Assembly: GCA_016192455.1 (NCBI GenBank)
Contig: JACPUC010000010.1
Coordinates: 62,001-90,855, forward strand
DNA from: Candidatus Tectimicrobiota bacterium
GTDB taxonomy: Bacteria; JACPUC01
Reading direction: 5' to 3'
Length of the DNA stretch: 28,855 nt
Below, piece by piece: positions 7,863 to 15,993 of the stretch; position 1 is the stretch's first letter, and every line of letters starts with the position of its first letter. The position numbers were made by a program, and so were the translations under genes. The notes under the pieces were generated by a model, which worked only from the letters and a program-made list of their open reading frames with translations, ran no database searches and was not told the DNA's origin.

Positions 7863-9005
7863 ATGCGTACAATGATGAATGGCGCCGAGGCGATGGCCGA
7901 AGCGGCAAAGCTGTCCGGCGTGAAGGTGACGGCGGTCTTCCCCATCACGCCGCAGACGGAGGTTGCGGAGCTCCTCTGCAACACACCCGGCATCACCACC
8001 TTGCGCGGCAACTCCGAGTACAACGTCATGGCCCTCACCCAGGGGGCGGCGTGGGGTGGGGCGCGCGTCTTCACGGTGACGGCCGGCCAGGGCCTTGTCT
8101 TGATGAGCGAGCTGATGTGGGAGGTGGCGGGGAACCGCCTGCCCATCGTCATGGGGGTCTTCAGCCGCTCCCTGAAGGGTCCCACCTGGAGCCTCGGCTC
8201 ACAGCAGAACGACGCCCTGATGATGCGCGACACCGGCTGGCTGCAGTTCTACTGCGAGTCGGCGCAGGAGATCCTCGACTACATCCTCATCGCCTACAAG
8301 CTCTGCGAGCAGGTGAGCATGCCGGCGATGGTGGTGGGGGACGGCTTCTACCTCAGCCATACGACGGAACCCATCGACCTGCCCGAGCCCGAGCAGGTGG
8401 CGCGCTTCCTGCTTCCGGAGCCGCCGCAGAAGGTCCTGCCGATCGGCCTCGGCGCCACCGATTTCGCCAGCAAACGTCCACCCGTGGACTACTACCACTT
8501 CTACGAAGAGCTGAACGACGAAGTCCGCAATCTCCCCGAGGGTCCCCTGCCGCACGTTTTCGAAGAGTTCGCCCGCCTCTTCGGGCGCGAGCGGGGGCTT
8601 GTGGAGACCCACAACTGCGACCGCGCCAGGACGGTCTTCGTCACCTCCGGCATCACCAGCGGCACGGTGCGGGCCTACATCAACGAACACCCGGAGAGCT
8701 GCGCGGCGGTCGGTCTCATCAAGCTGCTGGGGCTGCGGCCCTTCCCGGAGCGCGAGCTGCTGGCGGCCATCGGCCCGCAGGTGGAGAACCTGGTAGTGAT
8801 CGACCGCAACGTCTCGGTCGGCCGCGGCGGCATCTGGGCGCAGGAGATCGCCGCCACCCTCTTCAACCGACCGGGGCCGCGGCCGACGCTCTTCAACTAC
8901 ATCGTCGGGATCGGCGGCGAGAACGTCGACCAGCAGGTGATCGAGCGCATCCACAAGGACATCATCAGCGGCAACGCGGAGACTGTGCCGCGCTTCATCC
9001 ACTAA
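7863..9005 (+). CDS. 2-oxoacid:acceptor oxidoreductase alpha subunit
   Basis: MMNGAEAMA, FPITPQTE, GARVFTVTAGQGLVLMSE, RDTGWLQFY, DGFYLSHT, LRPFP and VIDRN. GAGAGG upstream of ATG 7863. Confidence 0.9.
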   Translation: MRTMMNGAEAMAEAAKLSGVKVTAVFPITPQTEVAELLCNTPGITTLRGNSEYNVMALTQGAAWGGARVFTVTAGQGLVLMSELMWEVAGNRLPIVMGVFSRSLKGPTWSLGSQQNDALMMRDTGWLQFYCESAQEILDYILIAYKLCEQVSMPAMVVGDGFYLSHTTEPIDLPEPEQVARFLLPEPPQKVLPIGLGATDFASKRPPVDYYHFYEELNDEVRNLPEGPLPHVFEEFARLFGRERGLVETHNCDRARTVFVTSGITSGTVRAYINEHPESCAAVGLIKLLGLRPFPERELLAAIGPQVENLVVIDRNVSVGRGGIWAQEIAATLFNRPGPRPTLFNYIVGIGGENVDQQVIERIHKDIISGNAETVPRFIH

Positions 9006-9115
9006 CAGCCCGACACGGTTGGCAGGCGGCCGCCGCGGCGCTGCTTTCGAGCCCGGCGGCAACCTCCTCAGCCGGCAGCATAGAGCCTCGACCAGCGAGG
9101 CGGGACGAGCAGCGT

Positions 9116-10042
9116 ATGCTTACCTTCCCTCAGTTCAAAGAGCAGATCATGTACGGCGGGCACAGCGCCTGCCCCGGCTGCGGCTCCACGGTGGCGCTGC
9201 GCATGGTGCTGGACGCCATGGGGCCGAACACCACGATGTTCGTGCCGGCGAGCTGCGCCAGCACCTACGTGGGCTTCATGCGCTCGAGCACCGAGGTGCA
9301 CGCCGTGCACTGCCTCTACCCCAGCGCCTTCGGGCAGGCGGCCGGTTTCGTCACGGCGCGGCGCCTGGCCGGCGATGACGTCGAGGTGATGATCTGGGGC
9401 GGCGACGGGGCGTTCTACGACATCGGCATGGACGGCCTGTCGCACGTGGCGGCGCAAGGGTTCGACATCGTGGCGGTGTGCAACGACAACCAGGGCTACA
9501 TGAACACCGGCCACCACAGCTCCAGCTCGACCATCCTGGACACCGATACCAAGCTCACGCCGGGCGGCATGCGGACGGGCCACAAGGAGATCATGGACAT
9601 CATGGTGGCCCACAACATCACCTACGCCGCCACCATCTCCGCCGCCTACCCGGAAGACCTGAAGGCCAAGGTCGCCAAGGCGAAGGGCCTGCCGGGGTTC
9701 AAGTTCCTGCACCTGCTGGCAAGCTGCGTGAACTGGGGCTACGAGGTGGAGATCGGCGTCAAGCTGGCCCGCCTGGTGGTGACCACCCGCATCCACCCCC
9801 TCTACGAAGTGGAGCGCGGCGAGTACCGTTTCACCTGCCTGCCGCCGCAGGCGCCGGTGCAGGAGTACCTGAAGCTGCAGGCGCGCTTCCGCGGCACCAA
9901 CGTGGAGGCGTTCCAGAAGGCCATCGACGACCGCTTCGCGATAATCTGGGAGAAGGCCGCCGGGCGCGTCGCGCCGCTCGTCGATGACCCCGCGGGCACG
10001 CGCATGTTCCTGCAGCAGCAGCCCGTGGCGGCGGGTGCTTGA
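9116..10042 (+). CDS. 2-oxoacid:acceptor oxidoreductase beta (TPP-binding) subunit
   Basis: GHSACPGCG, ASCAST, the TPP motif GGDGAFYDIG...NDNQGYMNTG, and EYLKLQARF. This is the 3' part of track ORF 8051..10042. Confidence 0.9.
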   Translation: MLTFPQFKEQIMYGGHSACPGCGSTVALRMVLDAMGPNTTMFVPASCASTYVGFMRSSTEVHAVHCLYPSAFGQAAGFVTARRLAGDDVEVMIWGGDGAFYDIGMDGLSHVAAQGFDIVAVCNDNQGYMNTGHHSSSSTILDTDTKLTPGGMRTGHKEIMDIMVAHNITYAATISAAYPEDLKAKVAKAKGLPGFKFLHLLASCVNWGYEVEIGVKLARLVVTTRIHPLYEVERGEYRFTCLPPQAPVQEYLKLQARFRGTNVEAFQKAIDDRFAIIWEKAAGRVAPLVDDPAGTRMFLQQQPVAAGA

Positions 10043-10578
10043 TTGCTTGCGATCTCGCCTCCTCTCCGCCGGGGCTGGAGGTGAAGAGCGCGGACAGCCC
10101 AAGGAAATCCCCAGGCGCGGGAGCGGCGCCGCAGGCCGCCCGCCGCGGCGTTGACGTGGCGATGGTACGGCCAGTCGGACGACTGCCCCGGCCCGCCGCC
10201 GTCGCGCACGTAGACGCCTGGCTGCTCCAGGGGATGCGGCAGGCTGTGCCGCTCCCGCAGCCCGGCAAGTCGCCAGGCGCGCAGGCGCTCATCGAGCCGC
10301 GGATCGGCGTTCAGGTACGGCAGCGGCCGAAGCCAGGCGAGGTCGGTCGTGGCGATGCGGCACCCATGCGGCCGCAGGGCCTTGTGGATCTCCCGCGCCA
10401 CGAACCCGCGCCCCGCCCCCACCTCGAGGAGGCGGCGCGGCGGCGGCGCCATCCCCTGAATCGCCGCGACCACGTATCCCACCCGCGTCTCCATGCCGGG
10501 CAGGAGGTAGTTCGGCTGACCCCACTGGTGCGGCTCCCACTCCTGCGTCCAGGCCTGGCGGTCAAGCCCGTCCCGCAT
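10043..10578 (-). pseudogene. Probable degraded class I SAM-dependent methyltransferase remnant
   Basis: LLEVGAGRG motif I followed by IATTD. Coding-like third-position GC persists to about 10115 and then decays. No stop until 9802, which is 240 bp inside the beta gene on the opposite strand. Confidence 0.4.
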
Positions 10579-10601
10579 GAGAACGCGCAGCCCCGCACTC
10601 C

Positions 10602-11045
10602 CTACGGCAGGGGGCGATCTTTCGTGGCGCGCCAGAAGAAGGCCGCCAGGTCCTCGGCATGCATGCGCTTGATGGCGCGGGGGAAATGGGCTTTCCCGTC
10701 AAGGGGAGGTGGCAGCCGCAGCCACTGGAGAATCTTTCGTGGGGTCTGCTGCCGAGCCCAGGTCGTCAGATCGACGGCCTCGGCAAGACGCAGCGCCTCC
10801 AGCGCCTCGAGCCGCTCCGCGCGCTGCTGATCGGAGGGCGCGGAAGCCGGTCCACCGTATCTCACCTCATGGATGACGACGGTGTGACAGGCGGCGCACC
10901 GCGTCTCGAAGACCCGCAGGCCGCGCTTCGGGCTGCCGGCCATCGCCGCCGGCGGGCTTCCCAGCATTGCGGCGCCGCCGGCAAGAAGTCCGAGGAGACC
11001 TCCCCAGAGCAGAACCCGCGCCAAGGAGCCATCCGCCCTACGCAT
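10602..11045 (-). CDS. Exported monoheme c-type cytochrome (147 aa)
   Basis: GGAG RBS before ATG 11045, hydrophobic signal segment, GSPKRGLRVFETR-CAACH (CxxCH at 10884-10898), and a C-terminal helix AEDLAAFF. Confidence 0.72.
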   Translation of the reverse strand: MRRADGSLARVLLWGGLLGLLAGGAAMLGSPPAAMAGSPKRGLRVFETRCAACHTVVIHEVRYGGPASAPSDQQRAERLEALEALRLAEAVDLTTWARQQTPRKILQWLRLPPPLDGKAHFPRAIKRMHAEDLAAFFWRATKDRPLP

Positions 11046-11113
11046 TCTACTTCTCCAGCGGCCACGGGCCGACCGCCAGGCCGCGCGAAGGGAGAGGCGC
11101 CGCTCCGCCACCC

Positions 11114-12211
11114 CTACGAGCGCAGATCGAGCACCGTCTTCGAGGGGTAGAGGCCGGAGACCTTGCCCGCCACGGTCTCGACAGCCTGTTGCGCCTCTTC
11201 GAGGCCGTAGCGCTGATCGACGATGTCCTCGATGGGGTACTTGCGCGAGCGCACCAGGTTCGCCGCCAGCGTATGCGCTTCGGTGCCGCTCGACAGCACG
11301 CCGAGCAGGCGCAGCTCCTTGAACTGCAGCTTCTGGAGGAAGAGCGGCGTCACCGTCTCGGTGCCGGAGAGGCCGGCGGCCACGATCGTGCCCAGCGGCG
11401 CGGCGAGGTCGGCGGCGATGCTGACGGCGCGCGGGTCGCCGGTGACCTCGACGACGACGTTCGCCAAGTCGCCGCCGGTGATGTCGCGCACCGTCTGCGC
11501 CAGGTCTTCCTTCTCGATGTCGATGCAGTAGTCGGCGCCGAACCGCCGCGCCAGCTCGAAGCGCCGCGCGTCGCGCGTCAGCCCTGTCACGATCACCGTG
11601 CGGGCGCCGCACTCGCGCGCCACAATGGTGGCGCACAGCCCCTGCTGCCCCACCCCCTCGATGACCACGATGTCCCCCGACTGCACGCGCCCCATGAGGT
11701 GCACCCATTCATAGGCGTTGGCGAGCACGGAGGGCGTCAGCGCGCAGGCTTCGGCGGGCAGGTCGTCGGGCATCTTGTGGAGGACGCTGTTGGGCGCGAG
11801 GTACATGTGCTCCCCGTAGCCGCCCCAGAGGTGCGGGGGCGCGACCGCGTTCGTCAGCGTGCCGTAGCCGATGAGGTGCAGGCAGTGCTTGAAGTGCCCC
11901 AGTCGGCACTGCTTGCAGAAGCCGCAGGGGACGAAGTTCTCGACGATGACGCGGTCCCCCGGCTGCACCCCCCAGCGCTGCGCCGCCAGGTCGCCCGCCG
12001 CCGCCACCCGACCCAAAATCTCATGGCCCAGGATCACCGGGTAGCCGCCGGCCTGCACCTTGCCGTAGAAGATCGACGGGTCGGTGCGGCAGATGCCCAC
12101 CATCTCCACCTTCAGCAAGCCGTCGTCGGCATGCAGCTCCGGCACGGGATACTCCCGCAAGCGCATTTCACCGATCTTCTCCACCACCGCCGAGGTTGTC
12201 TTTTTCGCCAT
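11114..12211 (-). CDS. Zinc-dependent medium-chain alcohol/polyol dehydrogenase
   Basis: GICRTD, ILGHE, structural Zn site CGFCKQCRLGHFKHC and Rossmann segment VIEGVGQQG. Start placed at MAKKTTS (12211). Confidence 0.9.
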   Translation of the reverse strand: MAKKTTSAVVEKIGEMRLREYPVPELHADDGLLKVEMVGICRTDPSIFYGKVQAGGYPVILGHEILGRVAAAGDLAAQRWGVQPGDRVIVENFVPCGFCKQCRLGHFKHCLHLIGYGTLTNAVAPPHLWGGYGEHMYLAPNSVLHKMPDDLPAEACALTPSVLANAYEWVHLMGRVQSGDIVVIEGVGQQGLCATIVARECGARTVIVTGLTRDARRFELARRFGADYCIDIEKEDLAQTVRDITGGDLANVVVEVTGDPRAVSIAADLAAPLGTIVAAGLSGTETVTPLFLQKLQFKELRLLGVLSSGTEAHTLAANLVRSRKYPIEDIVDQRYGLEEAQQAVETVAGKVSGLYPSKTVLDLRS

Positions 12212-12291
12212 GGGTCGTCTTCCTACGCCATCGAGTGAGGTCGCCTGCGCCGCGCCAGCAAGCTCCCGCCCGCCCGACTCTGTTGCCTTAC

Positions 12292-12319
12292 AGTATGCCG
12301 CCTGCCTGCGCGTTGTCCA
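12292..12319 (-). promoter_or_regulatory. Candidate sigma70 promoter for the dehydrogenase gene
   Basis: TGGACA-N16-CATACT on the minus strand, about 80 nt upstream of the start. Confidence 0.4.
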
Positions 12320-12380
12320 CGGGAATTCCCCGCAGACCCTCCGCATCACCGCCCCAGCCGCGCGACCCCGGGAATTCCCC
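12320..12380. repeat. Two copies of CGGGAATTCCCC (palindromic core GGGAATTCCC), 49 bp apart; candidate operators
   Basis: Copies at 12320-12331 and 12369-12380 in the divergent intergenic region. Confidence 0.55.
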
Positions 12381-12436
12381 TCGCGGCAGGCCATGGCAAT
12401 GACTATGCTGTAGCGCACCATGAGTCAGGAGGGCAC

Positions 12437-14038
12437 ATGACCGGGGAACCAACTCGACCGATTGCCGGCCGCGCCAGCGCTGCGGCCACGGCTGCCTTCG
12501 CCCGCCGGCAGGGGGCGGCGCGGCCGCGCCTGGAGCCGACGGCCTTCCGCGAGCTGAGCGGCACGGGCCTCACCGTCTCCAAGGTGGGCTACGGCACCTA
12601 CCGCGTGCACGTCGACGTACCGGAGCACCATGAGACGCTCGCCGAGGCGATCCGCCGCGGCTGCAACTGCATCGACACCTCGAGCAACTATACGGACGGC
12701 GGCAGCGAACGCCTCATCGGCGCGGTGCTGGGCGACCTCATCGGGGCCGGCGAGGCGCGGCGCGAGGAAATCGTGCTGGTCTCGAAGGTGGGCTACCTGC
12801 AAGGGCAGAACCTTGACCTGGCGGTGCAGCGCCAGGCGCGGGGGAACCCCTGGCCGGAGATTGTCCATTACCAAGAGGGTTGCTGGCACTGCATCCACCC
12901 CGATTTCCTCGTGGACCAGCTCGAACGCAGCCTGGCCCGCCTGCGGTGCAGCGCCCTCGATGTCTACCTCCTCCACAACCCGGAGTACTTCTTCGCACAC
13001 GCCCTGCATGACTCCGGCTCCCAGGACCTGCCGGCCCTGCGCGACGAGTTCTATCGCCGCGTGGAGCGCGCCTTCGCGCAGTTCGAGCGCTTCATCCAGG
13101 AGGGGCGGCTGTCATTCTACGGCATCTCCTCGAACACCTTCCCCAATCCGCGGCAGGACGGCGAGACGGTCAGCCTCGACCGCGTCCTGGCGGCGGCCCG
13201 CCGGGCCGCGGCGGAGGTGCTCGGCGACCCTGAACGGCACCACTGCAAGGTCGTGCAGCTCCCCTACAACCTCTTTGAGAGCGGCGCTCTGACGGAGCGC
13301 AACACGCCGCTCAACGGCGCCTCGGCAACCCTCCTCGAGGCCGCGGCCGCCTGGGGCGTCGGCGTCCTCGTCAACCGCCCCCTCAACGCCATCCGCGGCA
13401 ATTCCATGCACCGCCTGGCGCGGCCGGCGCCGCCGCCGGGGAGCGACTATGCCGGCGAGCTCGAGACGACGCTGCGCGCCCTGCAAACAACGGAAGCAGC
13501 GCTGCGCCAGGAGATGGAGGGGTGGCCCCAGCCCCCGCGCGCCTCGGACCTCGGCCCGCAGCAGCAGTTCTTCTTCGACGTCGGCGAGGTGCTGGCCGCC
13601 AACCTCGCGCGCCTGCCGGCGGGCGAGCAGTGGGAGATGATCGTCGGCCGGATCCTCGCCCCGAACATCCAGAAGGCCCTCGAGGAGGCCCTGCGCCGCT
13701 GCCCGATTGAGCGCCGCGAGGCCTGGAAGGGGCGGCAGCCGGCCTACGTTGAGCAGCTCAACGCTCTCCTCGCCGGCATCCGGCGCTACCACGAGTGGCG
13801 CGCCGCCGAGCAGATGGCGCCGCTCGACGACCGCCTGGCGGCCTGCCTGCCGCCCGGCACTCCCCAGGCGACGCTCTCCCAGAAGGCCCTCCAGTTCGTC
13901 GCCTCGTCTCCCGGCGTCGCCGTCGTCCTTAACGGCATGAAGCGCTCCCCGTACGTGGAAGATGCCCTCGCCATCATGGAGATGCCGTCGTATGCTGACG
14001 TGATGGGGCTGGCAGCCGCGGCCTACGAAACCTCCTGA
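12437..14038 (+). CDS. Long aldo/keto reductase family protein
   Basis: VGYGTYR, IDTSSNYTDGGSERLIG, VSKVGY, LERSLARL, YLLHNPE, YGISSN, VQLPYN and VLNGMK. AGGAGG RBS. Helical insert in the C-terminal half. Confidence 0.9.
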   Translation: MTGEPTRPIAGRASAAATAAFARRQGAARPRLEPTAFRELSGTGLTVSKVGYGTYRVHVDVPEHHETLAEAIRRGCNCIDTSSNYTDGGSERLIGAVLGDLIGAGEARREEIVLVSKVGYLQGQNLDLAVQRQARGNPWPEIVHYQEGCWHCIHPDFLVDQLERSLARLRCSALDVYLLHNPEYFFAHALHDSGSQDLPALRDEFYRRVERAFAQFERFIQEGRLSFYGISSNTFPNPRQDGETVSLDRVLAAARRAAAEVLGDPERHHCKVVQLPYNLFESGALTERNTPLNGASATLLEAAAAWGVGVLVNRPLNAIRGNSMHRLARPAPPPGSDYAGELETTLRALQTTEAALRQEMEGWPQPPRASDLGPQQQFFFDVGEVLAANLARLPAGEQWEMIVGRILAPNIQKALEEALRRCPIERREAWKGRQPAYVEQLNALLAGIRRYHEWRAAEQMAPLDDRLAACLPPGTPQATLSQKALQFVASSPGVAVVLNGMKRSPYVEDALAIMEMPSYADVMGLAAAAYETS

Positions 14039-14088
14039 GGGGGAGAAGGTTCCTCCACGCGATCTCATCTTGCGAAAGGGTGGCGGCA

Positions 14089-14607
14089 ATGGCTCTTACG
14101 GTACGCGTCGGTGATCGTTTCCCCGATTTCGAGCTGCCCTCGTCAAGCGGCGAGGTGGCGAGGCTCTCCGAGCTGCTCAAGAAGAAGCCGAGCATCGTCG
14201 CCTTCTATCGCGGCTACTGGTGACCGAAGTGACAGGTCCAACTGCGGGAATTGGTCCAATTCCATGACACGATCGCCCACAGCTACTGCGATGTCGTCGC
14301 GGTGAGCACCGACAGCGTCTCGGAGTGCGCCGCCTTCCGCGCCGGCCTGAACGCGCGCTTCACCTTCCTCAGCGACGCCGAGCGCCAGGCCGTCGAGCGC
14401 CTCGGCATCGTTGATGACTCCGACCCCCGGCGCCCGCGCATCGCCGCGCCCTTCACCTTCGCCCTGCTGCCGGACCTCACCGTGCACCGCATCTACAACG
14501 GCTGGTGGTTCGTCGGCCGGCCGACGCCGCATGAGCTGCGCCTGGATATTCGTGAGATGAGCCGCCGCTGCCGGGAGAACTACGAGGGGCCCTGCGCACC
14601 CGCGTAG
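14089..14607 (+). CDS. Peroxiredoxin-like (AhpC/TSA/redoxin fold) candidate selenoprotein with UxxU motif, 172 aa
   Basis: Reading from ATG 14089 gives MALTVRVGDRFPDFELPSSSGEVARLSELLKKKPSIVAFYRGYW-TGA-P-K-TGA-QVQLRELVQFH...VVAVSTD...FTFLSD...YNGWWFVGRP in a single frame. TGA codons at 14221 and 14230 occupy the CxxC positions. Confidence 0.82.
14247..14263 (+). promoter_or_regulatory. Candidate bacterial SECIS hairpin
   Basis: GGAATTG-GTC-CAATTCC. The loop begins with G, about 21 nt after the second TGA and about 30 nt after the first. Confidence 0.55.
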
Positions 14608-14691
14608 CCTTGTCGGAGCGCGGGCGTCCCGCCCGCACCTGCAAGGCTCCAAGTCTCGGCCGCCGCCCCTTTCGCGGCCACCCCCCGTCAC

Positions 14692-15693
14692 TCAAGCCTG
14701 CGCAATGGCATAGCCGCCGGGGCCCTCGGTCTTCAGGTGGTGGACGAGAAAGCCGTTCGCCTCCAGCAGCCGGCGCAGGCTCAACGGGGTGTGGAAGGTC
14801 CGGCCGGTGAAGCCGTACACCATGGCCTCGAAGAGCAGCGCCCCCATGTTGCCTCGGCGCCCCTCGTCCGGCAGGAACTCCACCACCACGAGGTGGCCGC
14901 CGGGGCGCAGGGCGGTTCGGCAGGCGCCGAGGAGCTGCTGCTGCTCCGTCTCGCTGAGGGTATGGAGGAGTTGGCTCATGAAGACGGCGTCGTACGGCCC
15001 CCCAAGAGGCTCGCGGCGGCAGTCGCCGGGCCGCTCCTGGAGGCGCCCCGCCACGCCGAGCCGCTCGCCGAAGCGGCGCGCCACGGCGGTGAGGTGCGGG
15101 TGATCGAGCAGCGTCAGCTTCGCCCGCGTCAGCCGCAGGAGAGCAGTCAAGCCGAAGGCCCCGGCGCTGCGCCCCAGGTCGAGCAGCCCCCACGCCTCGT
15201 CATGCTCCCCTTTCCAGCCCAGATCGTCGCAGACCTTCTCGGCGATGGGCCGATTGATGCCGAAGAGCCCGGTCGCCAGGCTGGCGGCGTACTCCTTGTC
15301 GTCGACCCACACATCGAGATCGAGCGCCCTGCCCTGCGCGATGACGTGCTCGTAGTGCTCGAAGACGCGGAAATGGTAGGCCGAGCCGCAGCCCGCGGTG
15401 ATGAGATCGCCAAGGTAGCTTGGGCTGTCTTCGACGAGGTAGGTTTCCGCCAGGGGACGCAGGCGGTAGGACTCCCCCTCCTTGCGCAGCAAGCCCAGGG
15501 CGGTGAGGGCGTTGAGGGTGACGCGGATGCCGCCGGCGTCTCCCGCAACGGCGGCGGCGAGCTGCGCTACCGTCGCGTTGCCGCGGGCGATGTGGCTGAA
15601 GAGCCCGGTCGCCACGGCGCCCCGCAGGAGGCCGGCGGTCCAGTGGCCGGTGGCGAGCAGCAGGATGGCATCGGGTCGCAGGCGGGCCGCCAT
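14692..15693 (-). CDS. O-methyltransferase-type SAM methyltransferase (N-terminal dimerisation domain plus catalytic domain)
   Basis: GAVATGLFSHI, LNALTALGLL, AETYLV, LLDLGRSAG, YDAVFMSQLLH and ALRPGGHLVVVEF. GGAG RBS. Confidence 0.85.
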   Translation of the reverse strand: MAARLRPDAILLLATGHWTAGLLRGAVATGLFSHIARGNATVAQLAAAVAGDAGGIRVTLNALTALGLLRKEGESYRLRPLAETYLVEDSPSYLGDLITAGCGSAYHFRVFEHYEHVIAQGRALDLDVWVDDKEYAASLATGLFGINRPIAEKVCDDLGWKGEHDEAWGLLDLGRSAGAFGLTALLRLTRAKLTLLDHPHLTAVARRFGERLGVAGRLQERPGDCRREPLGGPYDAVFMSQLLHTLSETEQQQLLGACRTALRPGGHLVVVEFLPDEGRRGNMGALLFEAMVYGFTGRTFHTPLSLRRLLEANGFLVHHLKTEGPGGYAIAQA

Positions 15694-15787
15694 CGTCTCC
15701 CCCTGGAGCGAGCATCCTTTTCAGCAGGCCGGCACTCCCATCGCCGCCGGCGCCTGCCCCCCGCGCCAGCGCCCCCGGCGCGCGCCA

Positions 15788-15816
15788 TTGACGACGCCAC
15801 GACGCGCTGCTATCGT
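15788..15816 (+). promoter_or_regulatory. Candidate sigma70 promoter for solute-binding protein 1
   Basis: TTGACG-N17-TATCGT with an extended TGn. Confidence 0.55.
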
Positions 15817-15993
15817 CCCAGCATACCACAGCTCATGAGCGCGACGGCAGGGCGGCCCCCACACTGCCGCGGCAGGACCTGGCAGAGCCCCCGAGGTGTT
15901 GAACTGCCAGTGCGAACGGCGGGGGGTAGCGGCGGGATATTCCGCCACGGAAGTGCGGACGTCTTCAACGAAGCCACGAGAAGGAGGAGAACG

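Noticed and set aside
8051-9115. Apparent N-terminal extension of the beta subunit (663-aa ORF)
   Set aside because: Off-frame overlap with the alpha gene; beta motifs begin only after ATG 9116.
14221-14232. TGA reassigned genome-wide to Trp or Gly, or a simple pseudogene
   Set aside because: Many genes here end in TGA and Trp is TGG, so the code is standard. Two nonsense changes landing exactly on both CxxC positions with the rest of the gene intact is less likely than Sec, though not formally excluded.
14737-15993. Apparent 767-aa fusion ORF including the binding protein
   Set aside because: The 5' part is the antisense of the methyltransferase. The real start is 15994, with its own RBS and signal peptide.
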